DNA of 64,000 nucleotides from Octopus sinensis (Eukaryota). Shown here piece by piece: positions 12,926 through 24,699 of this stretch. Positions within the stretch are counted from its first letter, which is position 1. Each line of letters starts with the position of its first letter. The notes below the pieces were generated by a model. The model saw nothing but the letters and a program-made list of their open reading frames with translations. It was not told the DNA's origin and did not search any database. The position numbers and the translations under genes were made by a program. The DNA lies in the NCBI RefSeq assembly GCF_006345805.1, contig NC_042997.1:35092001-35156000 (forward strand), given 5' to 3'.

Positions 12926-13895
12926 AGGGGTACTAAAGACTAAAAAATACCCAACAGAATTTGAATAAGCATTATTGTGGTCCTGAGAAGTTTGAGAGCT
13001 TCGTACGGACAACTAGTTTCTTTCCGTACGTACCAAGAATAATCATACACTGAAATGTTCAACTAACAGACGAACATTATATTTAGAGCCGATGAACTCA
13101 AGTTTGAAGAATATCGTGTGTGAGAGGTGTGGAAAGAGAAAAAGGATCTTTGAATGTTTGTGTTGATGGAATGTTGACTGTAAAGCTGAAGCAAATTGCA
13201 TAAAGTAGATGTGTGTCAGATGGCAAACCAATATGGTGTATGCAGAGTAAACTTATAATGAAAAAAAAATCCCAACAAATAATCAATTGTTCGTGTGGTG
13301 AATTTGACTGAAACGATGTAATGGAATGAAAAAAGTTAAACTTGGGGTTTTTGGCCCGGAGAGAAAATGTTATATGCTGGTCAAATGTTATATGCAGTGG
13401 TCAAAGGACATAAAATGATGACTTGGTTGGGTAATAGCAAGAATAGTAACTGCGGGTGCTGACTAGAAAAATAACTGAATGGAGATTTTTATGTGTTCTA
13501 GTTTGATATGGATGGTTTGATTTATCTGCACCCCAGCAAAAGAAAAAAATTCTTCCTTTTGGCTTTTGGAATGGAAAATGAAATTCATTTAGAGAAAAGT
13601 GTACAGGAGTGCGATACAAATACGAAGAATCTCAAGCATATATTGGTATATATTTAATCAGCCGAAATGTGCTATGACGATCCGGTTTCTGACTGAAGAT
13701 TAAAGGCTTCAGACCCGTCTGTTTTCTGTGTTCGTCCCTTTGTGTATTTCACGTTCTTGTTTCTTTATATATAATTTTTATACCTATATATATATATATA
13801 GTTGCCAACTAAATATGGCAGTCCTATAAAGGACGGTGTTACTGTTATTTTTATCCCCAGGAAGACATCTCTTTCAGGAAGACATCTCCAACGAC

Positions 13896-14030
13896 ACAGT
13901 CTGTGTCCGATCAGTATTTGCGAGGTGGGGGGCATCGCTCCTATCTCTAGCCTTACATGATACAGTCTGTGTCCGATCAGTATTTGCGAGGGGGCGGGCA
14001 TCGCTCCTATCTCTAGCCTTACATGATACA
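13896..14030. repeat. 66-bp tandem duplication (2 copies)
   Basis: ACAGTCTGTGTCCGATCAGTATTTGCGAGG..GGCATCGCTCCTATCTCTAGCCTTACATGAT starts at 13896 and again at 13962. Confidence 0.97.
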
Positions 14031-14074
14031 TACAGACCCGGGTTTCTGAATATTTACCCGTCTTCAGCGTGTGT
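14028..14074 (-). ncRNA. Minimal type-I hammerhead ribozyme motif (partly decayed)
   Basis: Minus strand ACACACG-CTGAAGA-CGGGTAAATATTCA-GAAA-CCCGGG-TC-TGTATGT: core, palindromic stem III, GUC site, 7-bp stem I with one mismatch and one wobble. Confidence 0.65.
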
Positions 14075-14313
14075 TAATCACTGGCTAGTGATGAAGAATT
14101 CATTCTATTCGCAAAATGCTATATCTTTATTCTAGCGACACTCTGTCGCTGATCTCGTAAAGTGAGATGAGTTATATTAAATCTGTGAGAGAGAGATAAC
14201 TACGGAATCGTAAAATATATTTGTCGACTAGATTAAACTTGTTTTTTTTTTTGCTTACTCCTTCGGCCGTTTACTCACACACGCAAGGATTTTGGGGCAG
14301 GTTTACTTCGATG

Positions 14314-14630
14314 CTTTGATCTGTGTACATTAGTGCCTACTTAAAGAAACCCCATTATCGCCTACAGTACACAATTTCTTTAATTACTCTCCGCTCATAG
14401 TGTGATAACATGGGGTGAACTTCAAATATGACCGTTGACATGTGGGCGTCAACACTATTAATGCGCCTCTCCCCTTCTTTGATCTGTGTACATTTATGTT
14501 TACTTAACCACTCCCTATTATCGCCTACGGTCATGATGCCCCCCTTACTTCAGCCTCTTATTTAGTGTAAATAACAGTTTGTTCAACGACCTTAGTAGTA
14601 ACTCACTCCCCACCTTCCCATTATCGTCGA
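14314..14630. repeat. Degenerate ~163-bp tandem repeat
   Basis: CTTTGATCTGTGTACATT at 14314 and 14477; ATTATCGCCTAC at 14354 and 14517; partial third ATTATCG at 14620. Confidence 0.75.
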
Positions 14631-15029
14631 TAATCATAAAGTGCGAACATGACCTTTGACCTATGCACGTGAACACTGTTGATTGGCCACTATAATGAGC
14701 CCGTCCAATTAAGTCTTTCACTGAATTTCACTGTTCACTTGATCCTGCCAGTGTCAAATCGTAATTATTGATGAGCTTTTGTGCATATCTAATACGTGTT
14801 TCGGCTTACAGGTTAGGCCTAACATTTGACGTACATTATTGCTTTAACTCAAACATGCTATTGAAATGTATCGTTGTCCACACACAGCTCCTTCATACTG
14901 TTGCTGCCAACAATTTTTTAGCTTACATGTCATTAAAAAATAGTGTATTTGGTGTCCTGGTGTCCACGTAGCTAACTGTCCGTGCTTTCACCTTTTTTGA
15001 ATAATACGTTTAGTAGGTTCACTTTTTAT

Positions 15030-15631
15030 ACATCGCGCCAAACGCTAACCACGGCTGGCCTTCATTTAGGCGGCCCATGTCTCTCTCATGGCCAGTTAGG
15101 TATCGAATGCTCCAGAGTTGGAGGCAAACAAAATCTATTCGTATTTGCCCCTAATGGCAAAACAAAAAATGTGGTCTACAGTTTCTTTTCCTTTGTCCAA
15201 CCTAGGTTTGACATCTCTTTTCCCCGAGTTTCAAATTTCACAGCAACAGTTCCGTTGCTTTCGCTGTAAACGAAAAAAGGCCCTTTTCAGGGACAATTTA
15301 AATACGATCGTTACACCACATGAGAAGCATTACAGCCCTTTTCAGGGTTTCTTATCAAATTGTTACCGCTGTTAGAACAACAAACATGCCCTTTTTAAGG
15401 CTACTTCACCCGTGATTGTTACAGCATCTGAGAACGCATTAAACCATTCTCATGACTTCTTATCAAAGTGTTACTGCTTGGCTTTATCGGTACCCAGTGA
15501 CCAAGTTTGTTACAATTTGCGACAATTTTGTTACAATTTGGCGTTTGCGTTATTTATGACATAGAAAATTTACTAAGTATCAAAAACATTGTAGTATTTG
15601 AATTCTGAGCAACGCTGGGTACTTCTGCTTA
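15030..15631 (+). mobile_element. Helitron 3' end: helicase C-terminus plus terminal hairpin
   Basis: QTLTTAGLHLGGPCLSHGQLGIECSRVG..LFVFAPNGKTKNVVY (15039-15182) matches the RepHel helicase end (FSHGQLYVAxSRV..TKNVVY). CTGAGCAACGCTGGGTACTTCTGCTTA (15605-15631) resembles a decayed Helitron 3' hairpin plus CTAG. Confidence 0.85.
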
Positions 15632-15699
15632 TATATATTAAACGTTGTTTTCACTGTTTACAGCGAGAAAAGGACTGAATATTCGCATATTTATTCTTA

Positions 15700-15935
15700 A
15701 AAAGTCTAGACAAGTTCAGACGTACAATATGCTCGATGCTGTAGTGTATGTCTTAGGAAAATATGCACGTATTCATTCCTCTTGTCGCTATAGACGCTGC
15801 AAAAAAACGATATTTTTTTAATCAGTTGACAGACATAAGCACCGCTGAAAGCATAAACAAAGCCAGCGGCTTCGTCTGGTCTAAGTTTCGGCGACTTCTG
15901 GATGAAGAGATATCTTGACGAAAGACCGTTGTTCC
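15700..15935 (+). mobile_element. RTE-type LINE RT fragment
   Basis: DISTAESINKASGFVWSKFRRLLDEEIS*RKT resembles the RTE RI.KAS.AF..L..R.W...IS..TK segment. Confidence 0.45.
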
Positions 15936-16140
15936 ACAGTGCCGTGTGATTGTGTGTATGTATCTGTGTGTGTGTGTGTGTATGTCTGTCAGTATGTGCA
16001 TGTGTGTATGTGTGGATATGTGTGAGTATGTGTGTGAGCATCTGTGCGTTTGTAGATACATATCTACACACATTTATATATATGTATATGTATATATATA
16101 GCTATATAATATATCTATATATATATAATATTATATAATT

Positions 16141-16208
<68 letters not shown>

Positions 16209-16494
16209 CGCACTAGCCATTATAACTGCTAGTTGGTTGATTCTCTAGCCATGCTTTATAATCTAGAGAGAGAAAGATGGGGGCGTAAGATACAAAGTAA
16301 GCTAAAAGTGAGCGATACAAGATGAGAGCACATACAAAAGCTCAGTAGTAGGCAATGATGAAAGGGACGCTATAAACACGTGAGCACGCACACTGCGAGA
16401 AGGAATGATTAAATAGAGGAGAAGTAGTGGGAGTAAACGATAGAGTAGTCATGGAAGCAGTTATACAAATGAGAAATTTCCATTATTTAAGGCA

Positions 16495-16746
16495 ATACTC
16501 TTTACTCTCTCTTTTACTCTTTTACTTGTTTCATCATTTTGACTGCGACCATGCTGGAGCACCACCTTTAGTCGAGCAAATCGACCCCAGGACTTATTCT
16601 TTGTAAGCCAGTACTTATTCTATCGTTCCTTTTTTGCCGAGCCGTTAAGTGACAGGGACGTAAACACAACCAGCATCGTTTGTCAAGCAATGCTAGGGGG
16701 ACAAACACAGACACACAAACACACACACACACACACACACAACATA

Positions 16747-16790
<44 letters not shown>

Positions 16791-16965
16791 ATATATATAT
16801 ATATGACGACTGGCTTCTTCAGTTTCAGTCTACCATATCCACTCACAAGGCATTGTCGGCCCGGGGCTATAGCAGAAGACACTTGCCCAGATGTCACGCA
16901 GTGGACTGAACCCAGAACCATGTGGTTGGTTAGCAAGCTACTTACCACACAGCCACTCCTGCGCC
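16495..16965 (-). mobile_element. SINE family A, full length
   Basis: Head GGCGCAGGAGTGGCTGTGTGG (A box) and GGTTCAGTCC (B box), internal TA/CA tract, family tail. Confidence 0.95.
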
Positions 16966-17052
16966 TAGATATTTTTCTTTCGAAAAGTAGTAGTCATTTT
17001 TATCATTTTGTGGGAGTATCAAGAAATTTGATCGTATATCTTTTGCTTAATT

Positions 17053-17245
17053 TAAACTGTGGCCATGCTGGGATATCTACTTGAAAATTCTTTAGTCGAA
17101 TATATCTATACCAGCACTGATAATTTATTAAACCTGGTACTTATTCAATCGGTCACATTTGCCGAACCGCTTGGCTACGGAATGAAAAATACATTAATAT
17201 CTGTTATCAACGAGGGACAAACATGGTTACAAAGACACACACACA
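17053..17245 (-). mobile_element. Older SINE-A-like 3' half
   Basis: Diverged TGTGGCCATGCTGG..TTTAGTCGA..GGTACTTATTC..GCCGAACCGCT. Confidence 0.75.
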
Positions 17246-17268
17246 CACACACAAATATATAGATATAT

Positions 17269-17671
17269 ATTTCTTTACTACCCACAAGGGGCTAAACACA
17301 GAGGCCAAAGGGATTAAGTCGATTATATCAACCCCAGTGCGTAACAGGTACTTATTTTCTCAATCTCGAAAGGATGAAAGGCAAAGTCGACCTCCGCGGA
17401 ATTTGAACTCGGAACGTAACGGCAGACGAAATACCTATTTCTTTACTACACACAAGGGGCTAAGCACAGAGGGGACAAGCAAGGACAGACACACGGATTA
17501 AGTCGATTATATCGACCCCAGTGCGTGACTGGTACTTCTTTAATCGACCCCGAAAGGATAAAAGGCAAAGTCGACCTCGGCGGAATTTGAACTCGGAACG
17601 TAACGACGGACGAAATACGGCTACGCAATTTTGCCCGGCGTGCTGACGTTTCTGCCGGCTCGCCATCTTAT
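17269..17671 (-). mobile_element. SINE-B head-to-tail dimer (full copy plus 5'-truncated copy) under one TSD
   Basis: Units at 17269-17435 and 17436-17670; flanks CACA(A/G)ATATATAGATATAT at 17250-17268 and 17672-17690. Confidence 0.9.
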
Positions 17672-17917
17672 CACAGATATATAGATATATTTACACGATG
17701 AATTTCTTACAGTTTCCGGGTTGAACCCGGAACCATGTAGTTTAGAAGCATGCTTGGTACCGTACAGCCACGCCTGATAAACGTTAAATTTATGTAAGCC
17801 ATAATTCCTAATATTACCCATGGTGTTAAAAGCATACTTCAAAAATCCGTGTCATACGACACATAACACTTTAGTATACCCACCTACCTACCTACCTACC
17901 TACCTACCTACCTACAC

Positions 17918-17982
<65 letters not shown>

Positions 17983-18706
17983 GTATGTATATATACGTGT
18001 ATATATGTGTGTGTAGTAATATAATAGCCGTGGTTTTAAACTCAATCTTCCAGCAGCCAGTAATGAATGGCGTAATCAATATCTGACGATTTCCTAATGA
18101 CATTTATAGCTATAATCCAACTGAGCCATTCTCTGCTGTCTACAATAAGGTTTTACATACATGACAAACGTTTATTAACATCTAATGTATCTAATAAATT
18201 TAATTCCTTTATAAATGCAGTGACGGCCAAAACCTACGGATTTATGGCACGGTAAAATTTAGCACGAACAATAAACACACAGGCATATTAGAAACTTAGT
18301 ACAAAACCAACGGCCCAAAAATGAGTGAAATTCTCGAATCAGTCTACCTGATTTAGTTAGAGAAATTATTAACTGTGGGTTTAAATTCAATTGCATCGAG
18401 ATCAGTTAATAGTAGGTTAATCGATTATTGACGAGAACTTAATGATGATTGAAACTATGGTCCGGTCGATATATTTTTACTGTCCGCAGCAAGGTTGTAT
18501 AAGCACGACAGATCTTTACGTCTTTCTATTGTATTTTATAAATTTAATTAATTCATAAATCCAGCGACTACTAAAACTAATGGCTTTTGCCAATAATAAA
18601 CATGACGTAACATATACACACATACATATATACGTATATGTATTTTCATCTATATATATACACATATTCATAAATAAACGTAAATATGCATACATACATA
18701 TATATA

Positions 18707-18750
<44 letters not shown>

Positions 18751-19155
18751 CATTTTATATATATGTACAAAGGAAAAGTGAAAGGAAAGAGAGAGATTTG
18801 TATGTGAATGTGTGAGTGTGTGTTTATATGCGCGTCTAGACCCTGGAACGTCCAACAATAGAATCTTTTCAAATTGGTAACACAATATCTTTATTATTAC
18901 TTTATTAGTGTGATAGACCATTGGATGTTGCATCGATCTAAATTCATACTTTATATAAGTGACTCATGCTCGAGATGTGCAGTGTAATCAGTATCATCGT
19001 CGTGTAATTTTAAGTCAAATTGTCCTTACTCTTGGATAACCTAGGTCAGAGATTTTCTTTGTAATCAGCGTATTTATAGATATAATCCACAATAAATGAA
19101 AGTTCAAGTTTCTAATTTAGCAGAAATACATTTCATAATCGAAGAATAGAATATA

Positions 19156-19369
19156 TTCTTTTCTATTCTAGGTACAAGGACCGAAATTTTGAGGGAGAGG
19201 GCCAGTCGATTACATCGACCTCAGTACGCAACTGGTACTTAAGTTATGGACGCTGAAAGGATGAAAGGCAAAGTTGACCTTGGCGAAAATTGAACTCACA
19301 ACGTAAAGATAGACGAAATGCCGCTAATCATTTCGCTCGGTGTGCGAACGCTTTTGCCATCTCGCCGCC
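19156..19369 (-). mobile_element. SINE-B subfamily with alternative 3' tail, 17-bp TSD
   Basis: B head and core with tail CCCTCTCCCTCAAAATTTCGGTCCTTGTACCTAGAATAGAAAAG; TCGAAGAATAGAATATA at 19139-19155 and 19370-19386. Confidence 0.9.
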
Positions 19370-19883
19370 TCGAAGAATAGAATATAGACGGTTACTGGAA
19401 TGTGTGCTACATGTGTAGTGGCTAGCTATCTATTATGGCGAAGGCCGGACAGAAGGGTCACACAGGAGAGCTAGGGAGAAGGGGAGATAATAAAGCGGTG
19501 GAGATTCCAAAACGAAGTTGCGCGTGCGTGTGTATAAGAGAGTATGTATGTGCGTGTGGAAGAGGGCTGGTGATCTTGACGTGTGCGTGTGTGTATGTGT
19601 AGGTGTGGAAATGTGGGTCTGGGAAGTGGTCAGTGCTGATGTGTGCGTGGTAGTGTGTTATAATGTGATGTGTTGTGTGTTATGGTGGTGTAAGATGTAG
19701 TGGTGTGTGGTGTGTTGGTTTTGGGAGGTGGGTAGGCGGGAGTGGGGAAAGCAAGAGTGTGGTATGGGTAGGCAAAGGGTGCGATTAAAGTTGGGATATG
19801 TGGGGTTAAAGGTGGGAGTGGGTGTAAGGGATGGGGTGGGGTGGCTTGGGGAAGGAGAGGAAAGGTGGGGTTATATATATATA

Positions 19884-20014
19884 CAGCGTGTCCCCAAAAA
19901 ATGTATACACACCTTAAATAATTGTAAATTTGTTATTTTTTGTAAGCCTAGTACTTATTCTATCGTTCTCTTTTGCCGAACCACTATGTGTATACATTTT
20001 TTGGGGACACCCTG
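19884..20014. mobile_element. Tc1/mariner-type MITE (131 bp, 28-bp TIRs, TA flanks)
   Basis: CAG(C/G)GTGTCCCCAAAAAATGTATACACA at 19884-19911 and inverted at 19987-20014 (27/28 identical), TA on both sides. Confidence 0.92.
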
Positions 20015-20304
20015 TATATATCCATCTTTTATCTCTTTCAGTAACTGGAATGCGGCCCTCTTAGGCAAAACTTTGAAGAACTTTTAATTGAATGAATTGA
20101 CAACAATGCATACTTTTTTATGGCTTGTATTTATTCTATTGGTTCCTTGTGTTGCTAATTTTCGGGGACGTAATCCAATAAACACCGATCGTCAAGCCGT
20201 AGCTGGAGATAAATACAAAGACACACACACACAGATATATAAAAACACACGCACACACACACACAAATAGACGTGTGCGTGTGTATGTGTGTGTGGACGT
20301 ATGA

Positions 20305-20372
20305 ATACGCACTGGGACTGAACGTGGAACCATTTCGTTGTGAAGCAAACACCTTACCACGCAGCCACTCAC
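20305..20372 (-). mobile_element. Degenerate SINE-A head fragment
   Basis: CGCACTGGGACTGAAC..GGAACCAT..TTACCACGCAGCCACT. Confidence 0.7.
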
Positions 20373-21268
20373 ACACGCACACACATACACACAGAGTAAC
20401 ACGCACACATGTAAATATATATATATACATATATACATGCATACGTATATTTATCCACATATTTATATACACACATATCGTGTTTACTTTTCTTTTCTAA
20501 ACTCGGTAATACTTGTATATGGATATATTTTCAGACATAGTAAAAAAAAAAAAAGCCAAAGGTTCATTTATTTTCAGCAGTGATATATAAATTATCACTT
20601 CCACACATCCAGCCTGAGAAATAGATACAAACAAAAGCGGAAACTGAGATTTTTATTGAAATATGTAATATTATATGAACGAAAATACAATTGGAATAAA
20701 AGAATATGCCATAAACGGACAGATGTACGGATGTACTGGTAGTTATTGTGTGTTAGCGACTGAGAGAGAAAAAAGAGAAAGATATCGTGTAAAAATCGAA
20801 GAACACTACACTTAAATGTGTCTTCCTTAGATTGCATTATCCAGTTTTGTGGTGGTATAGGGTAACTTTAAATCCATTGAAGTATATATATACAGACACT
20901 AGTCTCCAGCCATTGAATGCGTTTGAAGATTGCTTTAATGTTTAATGGTTTCTCAATGACTCCCTCTACAGACATGCATTCACTCGTGAATAAAAGCCAT
21001 GTATTTGCAGAAAACTCACTCAAAAGCAAATACGCAAGTACACACATACATATATATACGTATACAAGTAAAATCTCGTCTGACTACAGAAAGAACTGAA
21101 GAGTATATTAGCATGTATTTTCTAGTTCTGTTCGTATTCTTCAATAGAATTTCTGATGTGTGATTTATGCTGTCTGTATGTTAAGGGAACGCAATACGAA
21201 TGAACTATTAATTATTATTTTAATTGCACACATACCGACCTTTAACTTATTCTTGTTTACCGATATAC

Positions 21269-21328
21269 GTGCGCTTAAAGTGCGCTCGATGTGCGCTCAC
21301 TGTGCGCTCAATGTGCGCTCATTGTGCA
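21269..21328 (+). repeat. 11-bp tandem array GTGCGCTCANT (about 5.5 copies)
   Basis: GTGCGCT at 21269, 21280, 21291, 21302 and 21313. Confidence 0.95.
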
Positions 21329-22020
21329 GACATATGGTTCAATCTGTAACCACGCCACACAAACCTACGAATACATTATCCACTGTGGGTGACATTGCTG
21401 TTTCTTTAGGTTTATTAAGAAAATATAATATTCAATATGTTCATGAACGAGCGATACGATGGGTATGAGTGCTGCATAAAATTCTTTTGATTTGTTTGCG
21501 AAAAGATGATCATTGTACTAATTGGATTTTACAATAAGGTAGCTCGTTTTGATTTGTTGTCATTGAGGAGAATACATTGTTCTTGTTATATAACAAACTA
21601 TTATCTGGTAGTGATAGATCAGCTCCAGTCATGGCTGCCACATTTTTTCAGTCACTGTTTCCGTCTACCTAATATAAAGCGTAATCTCTTTTTCTAAAAA
21701 TGGGAGGTCTTGATTACAGAGAAATTTAGCTACAAATCCTCGCATGTCCACTAAACATGCAGAGAAGTACTCATTAGGACATAATATTATTAACTGAGTT
21801 ATAATGTAATGTCTGGAGGATGTGGCAGGTTGGTGTAAAGGTAAAATTAATTTTGTCTTGATTACATATATGGAACGACATAGTTTTTCGTGCCCTGAAT
21901 CCCTTCTTTAGAGAAAAAGAAATATTTTAATATATACACCGACATCACATTTCGATTAGTTTATTAGTCAGATCGAAGTAGATATAAACTTGGAAATTCA
22001 TCTCAATTCTGAACGTAATA

Positions 22021-22235
22021 CAGTTTTCAAATTTTGGCACACGGCCAGCAAAATGGGGCGGAGCAGTGACTGGATCACATCGACCCCAGTGTTCAACTGG
22101 TACTTATTTTATCCACTCCGAAGGATAAAATGCAAAGTCGCCTTCGGGGGAATTTGAACTCAGAACGCAAAACGGAAGAAATGCCACTAAGATTTTTACT
22201 CACCTAGCTAACGACTCTGCTAGCTCACCGCCTTA
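22021..22235 (-). mobile_element. SINE-B alternative-tail subfamily, older copy
   Basis: B core and head; imperfect TSD TCTGAA(C/T)GTAATA at 22008-22020 and 22238-22250. Confidence 0.85.
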
Positions 22236-23686
22236 CATCTGAATGTAATATCACCATGTTCTTAGCTCACTGACTTAGAAGTAAGACTTAATGCTTTATT
22301 CTTTATGAAAATGTATTTTTCAGTGAAGACAGTAATATTACACTGCTGTCAGGGGTCAAATTAATGGTTAGTTTTTAGCAGGTATTATATAAACTTATTC
22401 ATTGAGTTTTTTCACCGTGGTTTTCTATTGCTTATGAAAGTGTCATTCTATAGTGTTCTATTATTTCAGATATGTTCGATTATTCCTAGCTCAGATATTT
22501 CTTCTCTCTTAACGGATTTGTCATTTCTCTTCTTTTCTGACATTGATTGATCTCCCAGCTTCTCTTTTGTAAGGCTTAAGCCAGTGGATAGGATGTTATA
22601 GATGTAATTTGTATGCTTTAGCTATTTCATAGCAGGCATAAACATGGTGAGTAATATCTGTCTATCAGAAGATACTGCTTGTATGTAAGAAATCATAGTA
22701 GAAGCATCTAAAACTGGCATACTATCACAGTTATTAATTGCGTAATTTTTGTATTTCGTTTGTGATTTTAGAAGCGTAAATACCATGGAGTTGCATAACG
22801 CTACTCTTTCACGATGGCCATAGTTTGACTAAATAAGCAGTGACTAACCTCTTCCAGTATATGATGCATGCTAAATTGAATATTTACATGAGTACACACG
22901 AGAAACATGTATAAGAGTCAACGATGGATCGATCGCTTGAAATACCCCGACTACATTGAAATATCAAGAAGCCAGTGTGCAATATTTACTGTGAAGAAAA
23001 TGTTACTGAAAATACTAAATAGTTAGCAATGAAACCGTCCTTAAGGTGGCTCGTTTCTGGATATAAATAATGAGAAGATTATATGTCTGATTTAAGTGGT
23101 TGTCAATGTCCGCCTTACGTTTGTGATATACATCAAGTTCCAGATTAGTAAATATGCAATATCCCCTTTGCACTGGTTTTCATTATATGGGACACTCGGA
23201 TGTTTTAACATAATACTCAAACATGACTCAAAATTATTAGTGAAATAATGCATTTCCTTATATAAATTTCAACAAGTTGCCAATTTATAGTGTGAAGTAG
23301 GCCGATATATTGTCATCAGTAATATGTGTATTAGATACCCAATCTCTAGTTCTTGCATGCATTTGCCTGAATAAATTTTAAAAGTGTGTAAATTGCTCTA
23401 AGCATATTTGTATATGATAAGAAACCTGCTAACAAGTTATCTAGTTATTGAACCAAGCTAATTAAGATATCCACGCAGGAACCTTCTTGCCTATAGAAAC
23501 AAACGTTAAAGACAGGTTTGTGTGTCACATAGCAAGCTAGAGGCGATGGCATCTTGTAGCTAATCAACGGCAGCATGCGTCCTATTTTTCTGGACTGCCA
23601 TGTTGGCTTGGTGATAACTGTTAATAATTATGAAATCAATATATATTTATGTATAAGTAGCGCTTCAGAATTATACTTAACATACC

Positions 23687-23920
23687 TATTTCTTTACTAC
23701 CCACAAGGGGCTAAACACAGAGAGGACAAACAAGGACAGACACACGAATTAAGTCGATTATATCGATCCCAGTACGTAACTGGTACTTATTTAATCGACC
23801 CCGAAAAGATGAAAGGCAAAGTTAACCTCGGCGGAATTTGAACTCAGAACGTAACGGGAGACGAAATACGGCTACGCATTTCGCCCGGCGTGCTAACGTT
23901 TCTGCCAGCTCGCCGCCTTA
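23687..23920 (-). mobile_element. SINE family B, full length, with TSD
   Basis: High similarity to 11309-11541; TTATACTTAACATACC at 23671-23686 and 23918-23933. Confidence 0.95.
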
Positions 23921-24058
23921 TACTTAACATACCGCATAAGAAAGGGACTCGTGAATTGTCATACGTGTCTATGTCTAACTTAATATATGCTGTCTATCTG
24001 TCTGTCTGCCTGCCCGTCTGTGTGTCTGTCTACCTGTCTGTCTGTCTCTCTCACTCAC

Positions 24059-24143
<85 letters not shown>

Positions 24144-24158
24144 ATATATATATATGTA

Positions 24159-24215
<57 letters not shown>

Positions 24216-24424
24216 GTATATATTTGTGCATATGTATGTATGCATATGTATACACGCCTTGAAAGTCTGCCAGATAGATGGAAGAGCATTGTAGAAAATG
24301 AAGGAGTGTATATTTTTGATTAAGAAAGAACTTTATTTATCTTAATTTTGAAAAATAAAAGAAGTATAAAAAAACGCTTTATTTATGGGATGATCTATTT
24401 ATACAAATTACCAACTACAGTAGT

Positions 24425-24451
24425 AGGATTAATATTAATAGAAATATTATT

Positions 24452-24482
<31 letters not shown>

Positions 24483-24520
24483 TAATAATAATAATAATAA
24501 TAATAATGATAATAATAATG
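24425..24520. repeat. (AAT)n microsatellite
   Basis: Direct inspection; it follows (TCTG)/(TCTA)/(TA) tracts at 23990-24215. Confidence 0.95.
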
Positions 24521-24699
24521 TCACGGATATCGATATTATTAATAGTGGTAATGTTCAATAAATATGAAAATCCTATTACAAACCAATTTTCATCTTTTAG
24601 TCTCAAACACAAGGCCAACTGTACGTCCTTAACTCGCAACATTTGGGAACTGAAGGAAAGCTGAATCGAATTGAGCCTTAAATGGGATATTATAAGGAA

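Noticed and set aside
13660-13725. Minus-strand GAAAC-CGGATC-GTC with an upstream hairpin; also TGATGAAGAAT..ATTC at about 14090
   Set aside because: No intact CUGANGA core or stem I; at most very decayed remnants.
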